From NCBI RefSeq assembly GCF_009914755.1, contig NC_060925.1: a stretch of DNA of 64,000 nt; one strand, 5' to 3'. The translations under genes were made by a program, and so were the position numbers. The notes under the pieces are model-generated. The model had not been told where the DNA came from. It did no database searches and saw nothing but the letters and a program-made list of their open reading frames with translations. This DNA is from the human T2T-CHM13v2.0 reference genome, Homo sapiens. This document shows positions 1-12,170 of the stretch, one piece after another (the first letter of the stretch is position 1; every line of letters starts with the position of its first letter).

Positions 1-526
1 CCGCACGGCCAGCACCCACCCAGGGCATCCCCCGCACGGCCAGCACCCACCCAGGGCATCCCCCGCACGGCCAGCACCCACCCAGGGCATCCCCCGCACG
101 GCCAGCACCCACCCAGGGCATCCCCCGCACGGCCAGCACCCACCCAGGGCATCCCCCGCACGGCCAGCACCCACCCAGGGCATCCCCCGCACGGCCAGCA
201 CCCACCCAGGGCATCCCCCGCACGGCCAGCACCCACCCAGGGCATCCCCCGCACGGCCAGCACCCACCCAGGGCATCGCCCGCACGGCCAGCACCCACCC
301 AGGGCATCCCCCGCACGGCCAGCACCCACCCAGGGCATCCCCCGCACGGCCAGCACCCACCCAGGGCATCGCCCGCACGGCCAGCACCCACCCAGGGCAT
401 CGCCCGCACGGCCAGCACCCACCCAGGGCATCCCCCGCACGGCCAGCACCCACCCAGGGCATCCCCCGCACGGCCAGCACCCACCCAGGGCATCGCCCGC
501 ACGGCCAGCACCCACCCAGGGCATCG
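1..526. repeat. 31-bp GC-rich minisatellite (~17 copies visible, runs off the left edge) overlapping the LYPD8 exon 5 donor
   Basis: Unit GCACGGCCAGCACCCACCCAGGGCATC(C/G)CCC recurs at 3, 34, 65...; two unit variants (catccccc / catcgccc). Confidence 0.97.
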
Positions 527-680
527 CTGGTGTTGCTGCATTCCTTTCCTTGGCAGCACTGGCTTACAAAATGAAAGTGTTCTTCAGCAGACACGTGGAC
601 AGTGAAGGCTGTAATGTGTGTCTCCTCACTGCAGTTCTCCGCTGAGCAGAACATATTCTGGTATAATCTGACTGGTGTCT
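516..680 (-). CDS. LYPD8: LYPD8 coding exon (exon 5), second half of LU domain 1: (E)TPVRLYQNMFCSAENCSEETHITAFTVHVSAEEHFHFVSQCCQGKECSNTSDAL
   Basis: Acceptor ctttgtgtag (682-681), donor G|GTGGGT (515-514), 165 nt, phase 1-1; translation matches the recalled LYPD8 protein. Remaining exons lie left of the window. Confidence 0.95.
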
Positions 681-1084
681 CTACACAAAGACAAACACAG
701 ACTGTCAGCCCCTGGTAAGGAGGAGGTGTGGGGAGGGTGGAGACCCAGAATAGCAACTGTTTCAGGCAAAGGCAGAAAATGCAACCTCAGTATCATGCAG
801 TTTTGAAGACACTGGAGAGGGTTTTCCGGAAAAAATAATAATAATTCTTCCCATCGGGTAACCCCTCCTTTGAGCAGGAGGCTATCAGAGGTGCAGGTTA
901 AACTCCAGGCAAAAGTCTGATTGGGAGCCTGAAAATGGTTGGTCCAAGTGGACAGTCCCTGAAGCCTTCAATAAGTCTTAAGAGCTGTAAAAATGATCAA
1001 ACAGACATGACGAGCCTTATGTGCAATATGACATCCACAGTTCCTGCCTAAAAATTGAACCTGAATCCAGTCAAGCTTCTAGCC

Positions 1085-1290
1085 AGAGCTATCTAATATG
1101 GTAGCCACTAGCTATTTGTGCCTATTTAAATTTAAATTTTATTAATTAAAATAAAATCAAATTTAAAATTAAGCTCCTCAGCCATAGTAGCCATATATCA
1201 AGTGCTCAGTAGCCATATGTGACTACAGTATGGCACAGTGTTAATACAGATACTTTCATCATTGAAGAAGGCACTGCTAGTCAGCCCTGA
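1085..1290. mobile_element. hAT-Charlie MITE (MER33-like)
   Basis: aatatggtagccactagc...atttaaatttaaa...caagtgctcagtagcca signature. Confidence 0.6.
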
Positions 1291-1622
1291 TTACCTATAC
1301 AAGAAACACTGAGAACAGGAGAGCAAGTTATATGAAACCAGCAGGAAGCAATCAACCACAGCTAGAATATGGGACAGCTACAGGACAAATGACCCATTTC
1401 TCTAACAAACCAATAGGATTGAACAAAAAATGATGGAAGCTGTTATAAAACAAGTTAGGCTTAACAGACCTAACAGCAAAATGGGGGATTTGGCTGGGAT
1501 CCTAATTTCGCACATAGACCACATCATGACATCTTTGAAACAATTAAGAAATGTTTAAGATGGCCTGGATATTAGAAGAAATTAAAGAATTACAGTTAAT
1601 TTTCTCAGGTATGATAACAGTA

Positions 1623-1991
1623 TGTGTCTTAGTTCATTTTGTGTTGCTATACCAGAATACCATGGATTGGATAACCTATAAAGAGAATAAATTTATTATT
1701 TACAGTACTAGAGTCTGCAAAGTACAACATCAAAGTGCCAGCCTCTGGTGAAGACTTTCTTCTGCATCATCCCACGGCAGAAGGGCAAGAGAGGGTGAGA
1801 GCAAGTGAGGGAAAGAGGGGCCCAGACTCCTTTTTATCAGGAACCCACCTCCACATTCATGACATCAATGCATTCACAAGGGCGGAGTCCTCACAGCCTA
1901 ATCACTTCTGAATGGTCCCACCTCTTAATACCATCACGGTGGCAATTAAGTTTCAACATTAGTTTTGGAGGGAATATTCAAACCATAGCAA
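1623..1991 (-). mobile_element. MaLR solo LTR (MST-type)
   Basis: tgtcttagttcattttgtgttgctata...caaaccatagca termini. Confidence 0.65.
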
Positions 1992-2752
1992 TATGATAGT
2001 TATGTAAAAAACAATTATGATCAGAGATAAATAGTGAAGTATTTATGGAGAAAATGACCGATGACATGTACACACATACACATATATGTGTGTACATGTA
2101 TATTTATATAATGTTTAATTTAAAATACCATAGCCAAAAATACTGTAGTAAAAAAAAAAACTATAGCAAAAAAATAGCAAAATGTTAATAACTGCTGACA
2201 CAGGGTAGTGGTTACATGGCAGTTCATTATACTCTTTTTCCTACTTTAAACATACATGAAGTATGTTTGAACGTGTCTATTACAAAAAAGTGAAGAAGAA
2301 ATCTAAGTGCTCTGAGAAAGAGGTTACAATAGTAGTTACTCAAAACGCCCTGTGGGGAGGTCTTGAATGAAGGAAAGTGTGTTTGATCCAGAAGAGGAGG
2401 AACCATGAGAGAGAGAAATGAAAGCATCCAGAGCAAATCCTCCTGGTAATTTAACTAAGAGCTGTCCTTGCTTCTCACATCCACTGACATGCGTCTCGAA
2501 TGAAGCTTTGAGGTCACGGGCATCAGTGTCCCAAACACCACGAGGGGCTCCTGTCGCTTTGACCCTGTGATCTTGTCTGGCTCCTGCTTGCCTCAGCCAA
2601 GCGTTGTTTCTCCTGGGAGTCACCTTTGTGGCTTCCTCTCTCCTTGGACAGCACGACCCCTTCTCTGCCTTTCTTTACTGCCTGGATGTCCTCTCCAGCT
2701 CCCTCCCGGTGCAAGCCCCAGAGGCAGGAAGGACACACACACCCAGGCTCAC

Positions 2753-2872
2753 CTAGAGAGGAGCTGGCTGAGGAGCTGATACAGCTGGTGTTGGCATGTG
2801 AGGGACATTCAGAGGCAATGCTGTTGACACAGGATTTTTCCCATGAATTACACTGCACGCAGCTCAGAGATT
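2753..2872 (-). CDS. LYPD8: LYPD8 coding exon (exon 4), first half of LU domain 1: (E)SLSCVQCNSWEKSCVNSIASECPSHANTSCISSSASSSL
   Basis: Acceptor tctcctcag (2874-2873), donor G|GTGAGC (2752-2751), 120 nt, phase 1-1, CxxC..C..C..C LU pattern. Confidence 0.96.
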
Positions 2873-3258
2873 CTGAGGAGACAAGACATCCAACACCAGT
2901 CAACATTCAGTAGACATTTATAGAGCATACTCTACTCTAGGAAAAGCACTGCTCCCACCTTGCAGTAAAAGACAGACGGGATGGCATCCCTGCCCTCTGG
3001 GGATACCTGAAATTGATGCTGTAAGATGAGCCACCCTAATTAGTTTCTCCCACTGCTCACTATTCCCCAGTAGAAAGATCCAACCTTCAACAACAATACA
3101 GAGTGGCCCCTTCAAAGCAGGCTGCACGGACAGGTCTCATGGTCATCCCTGACCATAATTTGACATGTGAGGCCCTCGGGGATTTGAGAGCAAGAAGACA
3201 CTGGTGAGGTGGAAAAGGGGGTCTCCATTCTAAAAAGGGGCCACGTGAGTTCTCTTAC

Positions 3259-3310
3259 CTACAGCTGCAACAAGCACTGCAGTGATACCAGCAACGAGGA
3301 TGCCCTTCAT
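3259..3310 (-). CDS. LYPD8: LYPD8 signal-peptide coding part of exon 3: MKGILVAGITAVLVAAV (whole exon 3259-3359)
   Basis: cagcaccATG context, 52 coding nt, donor G|GTAAGA (3258-3257), acceptor gtcttttcag (3361-3360). Confidence 0.96.
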
Positions 3311-4382
3311 GGTGCTGGAGCTGACTTCTCCCAAGGATGGGGACCACAGGGCCTCAAGCCTGAAAAGACACAAAGAAGGCAGCCCCGGGGCCTTGGAGGG
3401 CTGCCTCTCATCCCCTGGGGCTTTTAATCGCACTGTAAGAAGCCCAGTACTCAGTCCATCCTTGTGACAGAAAGAATCAAAATCCTGAGCTGGGAGCACA
3501 AAGCTGATTCCACCCTGCTGCAAACGGAGGGCCAAGTTTTCTTAATCTCAGCCTGCAGGAGCATCTACACGCAGATATGAAACACAGCCAGGGGCCATTT
3601 CCCGTGGAGCCAATTCAGTTGCAAAATGTGCAGGCAGATTAATTTTTAGTTTCACTTTTGGGATGGGGTCCAAGAAGAAAGAGCTGGGCTGGGGTCTGTG
3701 CCCCTCCCCTCCCCCAGAGCACAATGTCCCTCCTTCAGCCAGTCTCTCACTGCATCCATATTTTACACTTAAGGGTTCTGTTGCTGCCACCACCACCGCA
3801 ATAGGCAGACAGCTATTGAGCACTTACTCCATTCCAAACACTTTACAGGTATTAATTTATGTAATTCATCTACTGTAGCAGGCAGGTATTATTATTAGCA
3901 TCCTAAGAAAAATCAAGCCTTAGCAGGATTGGGTAATGCACTCAAAGTCAAGGTCTTACTTCTGGGAGGTATCAGAACTGGAGTTTCGTCTGTGTCCCTA
4001 ACCGCCAGCCCACACTGCCTTCCACTATTCCCACAGTCCTCAGCCTGGACACACTCAACCTGCAGCACTAAATCAGAGTCCCCCATGCACTTCCAAATAG
4101 CGTGTCACCAATGTCTCTGCACCTTGCATTCCCTGCCTGCAGATTCTCTGAGTTAGGCCTTTGAGGATTGCTAAGGTTTGGTTATATTCATTAGAATTCG
4201 AAATTAGAACTTCCAGAATTCCAACTTGCTTGTGTATCAAAGCAGGAGAGAGCAGGTGTGTGGCTCTGGCCTGAGCCCTTCTTAATCATTATCTCATTTA
4301 CCCTATACACGGTCGCTGTGAGGCACACATAGTTATTTATGATTCTTCGAGGGTAGATAAAATGAAACATTCTGTTTCTCAG

Positions 4383-4500
4383 TAGCACTGGCTACATTCC
4401 CAATGCTCAGGAGCCACATGTGGCTGTTGGCTGCTGTATTGGCCAACGCAGGCACAGAACACTTCCATCATTGCGGAGAGTCCCAGTGGACAGTACTGTA
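4383..4500. mobile_element. MER3-like DNA transposon fragment
   Basis: gctacattcccaatgctcaggagccacatgtggct...catttccatcattgcggagagt-like motif. Confidence 0.5.
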
Positions 4501-4702
4501 CGGCAGAGGCTATTAGCCCCACTCTACAGGTGAGAAACCTGCAGCACAGAGGGACGACGAAGTAACCCAAGCTCGCTCGGCTCCTAAGGCCAAAGCCAGT
4601 GCTCTATTCCAGGTCCTTCCAGCTCCAAAGCCTAGTTGCACCACAATAGCTGCTACTTACTGAAACACAATCGCCTTCATCTGGAAGCCCCTACTCCCAC
4701 CT

Positions 4703-6870
4703 CACCACACACATGCACATCACCCCCCACACACACCAAACACCCCACACAACACACACACACCACACCACACAAACACAAACACACCACATCATGAACA
4801 CACACATCACACACACACCACACACCCCACACACCCCACACACATCACACACACACACCACACACCCCACACAACACACAACACACCACACACACCACAC
4901 CACACACACACCACACCCCACAACACACACACACCACACTCCCCACTGAACACACACACATCACACACACCACACACCCCACACACACCACACACCCCAC
5001 ACAACACACACCACACACACACCACACCCCACAACACACACACATCACATCACACACACCACACCCCACACACACACACCACACCACACACACACCACAC
5101 ACCCCACACAACACATACACACATCACACACACCCCACACACCAACACACCACATCACACACACACCACATCACACACACACCAAACACCCCACACAACA
5201 CACACACAACACAACACACACACAAACACACATCATACACACACCACACACCCCACACACCACACACACATCACACACACACCCCACACACCCCACACAC
5301 CCCACACCACACTACACACACACCACACACCACACACAACACACACAACACAACACACACACCCCACACACAAACACCCCACACACCACACACACCACAT
5401 CACACACACACACCACATCACACCCCACACAACACACACACCACACCACACACACACACCACACACCCCACACAACACACACCGCATCACACACACACCA
5501 CACAACACACACACACCACACACACCACACACCCCACACAACACACAACACATCACACACACCACACACACCACACAACACACACATCACATACACACCA
5601 CACACCACACACAACACATACACATCACACACACACCACACACCACACACAACACACACAACACAACACACACAACACACACCCCACACAACACACCACA
5701 TCACACACACATCACACAACACACAACACAACACACACATCACACACCCCACACAACACACCACATCACACAAAACACATCACACACACAACACACACCC
5801 CACACAACACACACAACACAACACACACACCACACACCCCACACAACACACACAACACACCACACATATACATCACACACCACACACCCCACGCAACACA
5901 CACACCACATCACACACACACCACACACCCCACACACACACGCATCACACCACACACACCACAGCCCCCACACAACACATACACACCACATCACACACAC
6001 ACCACACATCACATGTCATACACAGCACATACACCACACACACCACATAACATCACATGTCACACACACATCACATGACACATACACCACACACCCCATG
6101 CATCACACACACACCACACATCACATGTCATACATACTACATACACACAACACACACAACACATAACATCACATGTCACACACATCACATGACACACACC
6201 ACACACTCCACACATCACATACACACTGCACATACACTACATCACACACCACACACCACACATCACATGTCACAAACACCACACAGCACACCCCACACCA
6301 CACACATACACCACATACACAAATACCACACCACACACCACACATACACCACACCACACACACTTCACACACACCACACATCACATGTCACACACATTAG
6401 GTACACACCGAACACACACAACACACATTAAATGCCACATACAACACACCACACACATTAAACACACACCCCACACATAAGTCACACACATCACACACAC
6501 AACACACCATGCGCTAAATACATCACACATACTACACACATGCAAATCACATCACAGACACCACATACGCACCACACCACATACCACACACACGACACAT
6601 CACATGCCACACATCACCTGTCACACACATCAAACACACACACAATACACCACACACCTCACACACGTCAAACAAACCCCACACACACCATATCACACAC
6701 ACATCACACACACCACACATGCACCATATGCCTCCACACACAGAGACACATACACATCACACACCCTCACACACACACACCCCACATGCCATTTATACCA
6801 CATGCCACAAACATTACATGCACACAAACCATATACACAATACACAAACCACACACAAACACCACACACC
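4703..6870. repeat. ~2.2 kb imperfect CA/CCACA-rich low-complexity tract in LYPD8 intron 2
   Basis: Almost entirely C and A on +; accounts for all His/Thr and Cys/Val ORFs there. Confidence 0.97.
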
Positions 6871-7462
6871 CTACCCTGATACCCTGGTTGACTTATTAGA
6901 GATTGGTAAAAAGGAAGGGAAACCAGTCGGTCTGGGAGAAGAGGCCCATACATGATGCCAATGACCCCACCATTTAGAGATCCAAGGAGGAAAATAAAGC
7001 ACATCTGGTCTGGAGCTTGTAGCAGACGTGCGCCAGCCCCTCACCCCTCCAGGCCCGGTGCACCCCTACATGCCCGGGTGCACCCCTCCAGGCCTGGAAC
7101 CCCAGCTGCTTGCTTTTCTCCTCAGTGGGAAAAGAGTTTCAGGGCCATGGCCTTCTGGGAAAGGGCCTCTCAGGTCTTACAGTGTGATGGAGGAGGGGAA
7201 AGGAGAGGATGAGATGAGATGAGAAGGAGACCCCAGCAGCCCATCAAGTGCACAGATCACCTCAGCCTATGGTGAAGACCTGAAACTAGCCTCATTTTCA
7301 GGGAGAATTGATGGAGGCCCAGAGAGGTCAGGACTTGACCCAGGGACACCTAGCAGAGAAACAGAGCCTGGGAGTGACCCCATAGCAGGACCCAGGGCCG
7401 TGCTCAACACCTCTGTGGGTAAGAGGGACCAGTGAAGCTGGGGCTCAAGGCAGGGCCCCCAC

Positions 7463-7610
7463 CTGGGACATGAGAAGAAGTGGCATCTTAGGCCGTTTCA
7501 CTAGGTACTTCCCACTGGCAAAGTTTTATTGCGGAATCTTTTCGACAGCCTGGCAGGGTCCTGCTATAATTGCTGTCATCTTCCACAGAGAAAGCTGGAG
7601 CCTAGAGAGG
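7463..7610 (-). other. LYPD8: LYPD8 non-coding exon 2 (5' UTR)
   Basis: Acceptor ggttttgtgtcctcacag (7612-7611), donor CAG|GTGGGG (7462-7461); fits my recollection of the mRNA leader. Confidence 0.75.
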
Positions 7611-7928
7611 CTGTGAGGACACAAAACCACACAGAATGAAGAATGTCACACACAGAATGATGCACAGAACACGCACACACTACACACAAACCACACACAC
7701 AGTAGCAGATGGCAAAACAACAAGAAAACTACATCCCCAGCCCACATCCTCCCTGAACTCCAGACTTCCCTCTCCTGAGCATACGACTGCCTAGGGCAAT
7801 GCCAAAGGAGCAAGAGCCGCAAGAATGTCCTGGACTTGGCCGGGGAAGGACCTGAGCTGGTCCTGAATGCCCTTCCTGCGGTTTCAGCTTCTCCCAGGGC
7901 TCAGGCCCCGGCCTCGCAGTCCTCTCAC

Positions 7929-7980
7929 CTTCTGGATCTGGCCTGGTGACTGTCCTACAGAAGGTGGTTCCCAGTAGAGG
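7929..7980 (-). other. LYPD8: LYPD8 non-coding exon 1 (TSS approximate)
   Basis: Donor AAG|GTGAGA (7928-7927); start placed ~30 nt downstream of the TATA box. Confidence 0.75.
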
Positions 7981-8002
7981 CTTAGGGCTGGTATGGGAGA
8001 GG

Positions 8003-8011
8003 CCTTATATA
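8003..8011 (-). promoter_or_regulatory. TATA box of LYPD8 (TATATAAGG)
   Basis: Correct orientation and distance to exon 1. Confidence 0.7.
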
Positions 8012-8702
8012 GCAGGTGGCTGTAAAATCAAAAAGCACAGCTGTCTTCTGGGGTGGGACCTCTGGGTCAGACAGGCTAAGGCTTCTGGCTCTCAGACTGT
8101 GCCCTGCCCAATAGAGCTACAGGCTGCCCAACCCTTTGGCATCTGTGCAGCTCGTGCCCTCTCTGAGACCTCTAGGAATTGGGAACAACTTTGGTCAAGG
8201 CCTGCCTTTGGCAAAATGTAAACAGGAGTAAGGTATCTTCCAGCATTGTCTGTGGCCTTCTAAGTCAATTCCATGACCTGCTAATGACAAGCACCTAACA
8301 ACCTGCTAACAGTCACCATGATTAGCCCATTTATAGATGAGAAAACCAAAGCACAGAAAGAGAGCCATAAGAGATATGCTCATGGGCACACAGCCGGGGC
8401 ACAGTCAGAACTCAGAGCTCCGAATCAGACTATGTGGGGTCTGTGCAACTCAGGAAAGGGCCTCAGTTTCCCACAGGCAAGTGTCTTAACCTTGTTAGAT
8501 TTGAGGGTCCTCCAACCAAGATGAGTGTAAACTCACTGTGCAGCCTCATAGTGTGGTAGAGGGACCATGACGTGAAGCCCCTGCCTGCAGTGTGCTCTGC
8601 ACACTGGGTGAGAGCCCACAGCAGCCATCGAGAGAGTCTTTCTGGCCAAGTGATCTGAGCAGCTACTGGTAACAGCCCAGGTCAGGTCAACTGAGGCCTC
8701 TC

Positions 8703-9336
8703 TGTATTAGTCAGGTTCTCTGTCCTCTAGAGAAGGTGAGTTTATATATGTATGAAGGGGAGTTCATTAAGGAGTATTGACTCACATGATCACAGGGTGA
8801 AGTCCCACAATAGGCTGTCTGTGACCTGAAGACCAAGGAAGCCAGTCTGAGTCCCAAAACCTCAAAAGTGCAGCCTTCAGTCTGTGGCTGATGGCCTGAG
8901 AGCCCCTGGCAAACCACTGGTGTAGGCCCAAGAGTCCCAAAGCCGAAGAACTTGGAGTCCGATGTTTGAGGGAAGGAAGCATCCAGCATGGGAGAAAGAT
9001 GGAGACTGGGAGACTCAGCCAGTCTGGTCCTTCCTCGTTCTGCTGCCTGCTTTTATCCTAGCTGTGTTGGCAGTTGATTAGATGATGTCCACCCAGATGT
9101 AGGCTGGGAGGCTAGGCCAGTCTAGCCTTTTGACATTTTTCTGCCTGCTTTATATTCTAGCAGAGCTGGCAGCTGATCAGATGGTGCCCACCCAGACTGA
9201 GGGTGGCTCTGCCTCTGCCAGTCCACGGACTCGAGTGTTAATCTCCTTTGGCAACACCCTCACAGACACATCCAGGAACAATACTTTGCAATACTTTTCA
9301 ATCCAATTATGTTGACACTCAATATTAACCCTCACA
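8703..9336 (-). mobile_element. ERVL solo LTR, MLT2A family
   Basis: Minus strand starts TGTGAGGGTTAATATTGAGTGTCAAC; TG...CA ends; 5-bp TSD CTCTC at 8698-8702 and 9337-9341. Confidence 0.85.
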
Positions 9337-9614
9337 CTCTCCCAGTCTCCTCACACTGTGCCATGGGTGCTCCTGGTTTTGAGTGTGGACTTGAGTTATC
9401 TTCCCTCCTCATCTTTCCACTGTGCTGACACTTTATACACACACACGGTGGGGAGTGGGAGGAGCCCACTCAGCCGAGGATGCAGAGGTTGAGGGGCACA
9501 CATCATACCAGTATCCCCCAGCCTGCATTTAAACCTTGCAGTTCCCTGCTCTTGAAAATACCCCTTGGGGATGGCTACGCTACCTGTGTCTCAGCTCTCT
9601 CTTCCTTCCCCAAA

Positions 9615-9930
9615 CTCATGCATTCATTCAACAAACATTTTTTGAGCACCCTCCCTGTCTTAGGCCTACTGTAGGAAACCGGGAGGTATTTGTGAGCAAA
9701 AAGACAAAGACCTTTGCCCTCCTGGAGTGTAGTCTAGAGAGGACTACAGACAACATAAATTAAAGTGGTAAATAAGCAAATCACAGGGAAAGTCAGAATG
9801 TGGTGACTGCTCTGGCAAAAAGACAAAGAGTAGGATAAGTCATCAACCATGCTAGGGGGTGAGCAGGTGCAGGCTTCCACTTTCAATGAGGAGGTTGTAG
9901 TAGGTCTCATGGAGAAGACAAAATCTGAGT
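9615..9930 (-). mobile_element. L2 3' fragment
   Basis: cattcattcaacaaacatttttgagcacc L2 tail. Confidence 0.6.
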
Positions 9931-11849
9931 TATTTTTATAAGCAGAGACTCTGGCCATCTCTTATTCTCTCCTCTCCTCACCATCTGCCTTCAGGCTGCT
10001 TATCACAGCATTTTCCTAAAAAAAAAAAAAAGCAGCTTCCTCCCTAACAGAACCATATTGTTTCCCAGCACACATTAGTCAGTCACCTGGCAGGGCACAA
10101 CAAGAGAAGTGGCACAGTAATATCCAATGGGGTGTGTGTGGGCTTGCGGGTTTCAGGAATGTGGCCTCCCTGAGCCACCGATGGAGGATCCAAAGAGCTC
10201 ATGAACACTGCCTCTGAGATAACAGCTCTGGTGTCAGGCTGAGTACTGGCATGAGAAAATCGGGCTGATCAATGTTAATTCCTCTCAGAAGGCACCAGAT
10301 ACTCAGGCAAATGGACCCAAAGCGACCACAAAGATCTGAGTCTGAATCCAGACTTTGTCCCTCACATCACATAAGTTACTTATTAACCGCACTTGTTGGG
10401 CCAGAGCTCTTTGTCTTTAAAATGGAATCATCAGGCCCTGAAGAAATGCCTCCTGATGATTTATTTACTCCTGGAATCATCACCCCATTCCTCTGTGTTT
10501 TTCCAAGGCCATCTATCTATCAATAATGTCCTGAGGACGTCTAACCATGTGGGAATTATTATTAATAGCACGTATGATTTTAACTGAGCCATTTATCAGT
10601 AAGGACACTGAAGACAATGGAAGCCCCCTGAACTAGGCTGCGCAGTCTATACGGCTGCTCACAGCAGTCCTGGGTTCATCCTTTTGAAGCCCCGGCAGTG
10701 CGCCAAGGGTACCCCCAGCTGCCTTGACAGATAAGGAAACAGGCCCAGGGAGGCCTTCCCTATAGGCCTTCAGACGCCTGGGCCAGCAATCTTTCCATTT
10801 CAACATGGCTCAGGTGGGACGCAGCCTCCACCCGCAGGATTGGAGACATCGACTTGACTCCACTCCTCCCTCTCCCAGAGGTTCACCTCTCTGTCATTAA
10901 TGTGGGGTCCAAGGACCTGAATCAGTCACAGGGAATTATGAAAAAGCACCTCTCTAAAGCCGACTCCTCCTGACTAGCAAAGAAGTCCAGAGACCCAGGA
11001 GAAGCTAAGTCGCAACAAGCAGCCCAACTTTTAAACTAAGAAGCCCTGGGCACACCGTAGGCACCCTAGTTCCATCATCTTCTTAGAAGGGGACAAGGTT
11101 GGCTGTCCCTACAGCCTGCTGAGCTGAGGCAAACCTGGAGCTCAGCTGAGTCCCAGTGAGTCATCCGGTGGTAAATCTGGAACCACTTTAGGAAACGGCC
11201 TTTTCCCAAAGCTTCCCTTGATGACCAGCAAAGCTTGGAGGTGAGTTTCCAGGGGAGCCTACCCCATTTTGGAATAAGCATGTGGAGGTGTGTAGGGTCA
11301 GGTCAGGGAAGCTGGGGCAGGAATTATATCCAACAGGAGTCTAAGCCAAAGACTCAGCAAAAGGATCAAGAGCATCCACCCCTGACCCGCCTTCTCTCTG
11401 TGTTTGCTTCTGGGAGCCTTTCATTGACTAGCTCATTCCTCCCGCTTGGAGATGTGAGAATAGGCTAAAAATAATGAATTATTGCCCCCAACATTCCTGC
11501 CCCCCAGTCACCTTGCAGAGGAAATGAGCATATCCTGGAAGATAAACTTCCCCAATAGTCCATGGCCTTATGTAAGATGATGATCCCCCCGAGTCTTGGG
11601 TTTCCCATCTTTCAAGTGGCAAAAACAGCACTACGGCCTGAGTAGCTATTCTGAGGGTCAAAGGAGGTCGCACAAGCCGACAATGATGATGAAACTATCA
11701 CTTCATAAAGGGCTCTAAAAACAATGGCTACTACTGCTATCATTGTTCTCTGAGCTCATATCGGCAACTGCACAGCCCAGAGGGACATTCGCATCTGCAC
11801 AGGGCAATGGTCTGAGGTGAGGTCCAGCCTCAGAACACACTTCTACCAC

Positions 11850-12170
11850 AATTAGATACTACTTCATGCCCACTAACACAAATAAAATCAAAAAGAAAGA
11901 AAGAAAAAGAGACAGAGAAAGAAAGAAAGAAAGAAAGAGAAGGAAGCAAGGAAAATTGCGAGCATTAGGAAGGATATGGAGAAATTGGAACCTTCATACA
12001 CTACTGGTAGGAATGTAAAATGGTGCAGCCACTGTGGAAAGAGTTTGGCAGTTCCTCTAAGAGAGTTACCCATGACACAGCAATTCCACACCTAGGTATA
12101 TACCCAATATAATTGAATGAAAACAACTGTTTATACAAAAACTTGTACATGAATAATCATAGCAGTATTA
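11850..12170 (+). mobile_element. Old L1M 3' fragment with A/G-rich simple repeat
   Basis: gagaaattggaaccttcatacactactggtaggaatgtaaaatggtgcagcc. Confidence 0.7.

Noticed and set aside
4691-7004. Many Cys/Val- and His/Thr-rich ORFs
   Set aside because: Translation artefacts of the CA-rich tract.
11512-11563. gccATGG...AAG|GTGACT on the minus strand, 52 nt and phase 1 like an LU signal exon
   Set aside because: The peptide MDYWGSLSSRICSFPLQ is not hydrophobic and no LU exon was found downstream.
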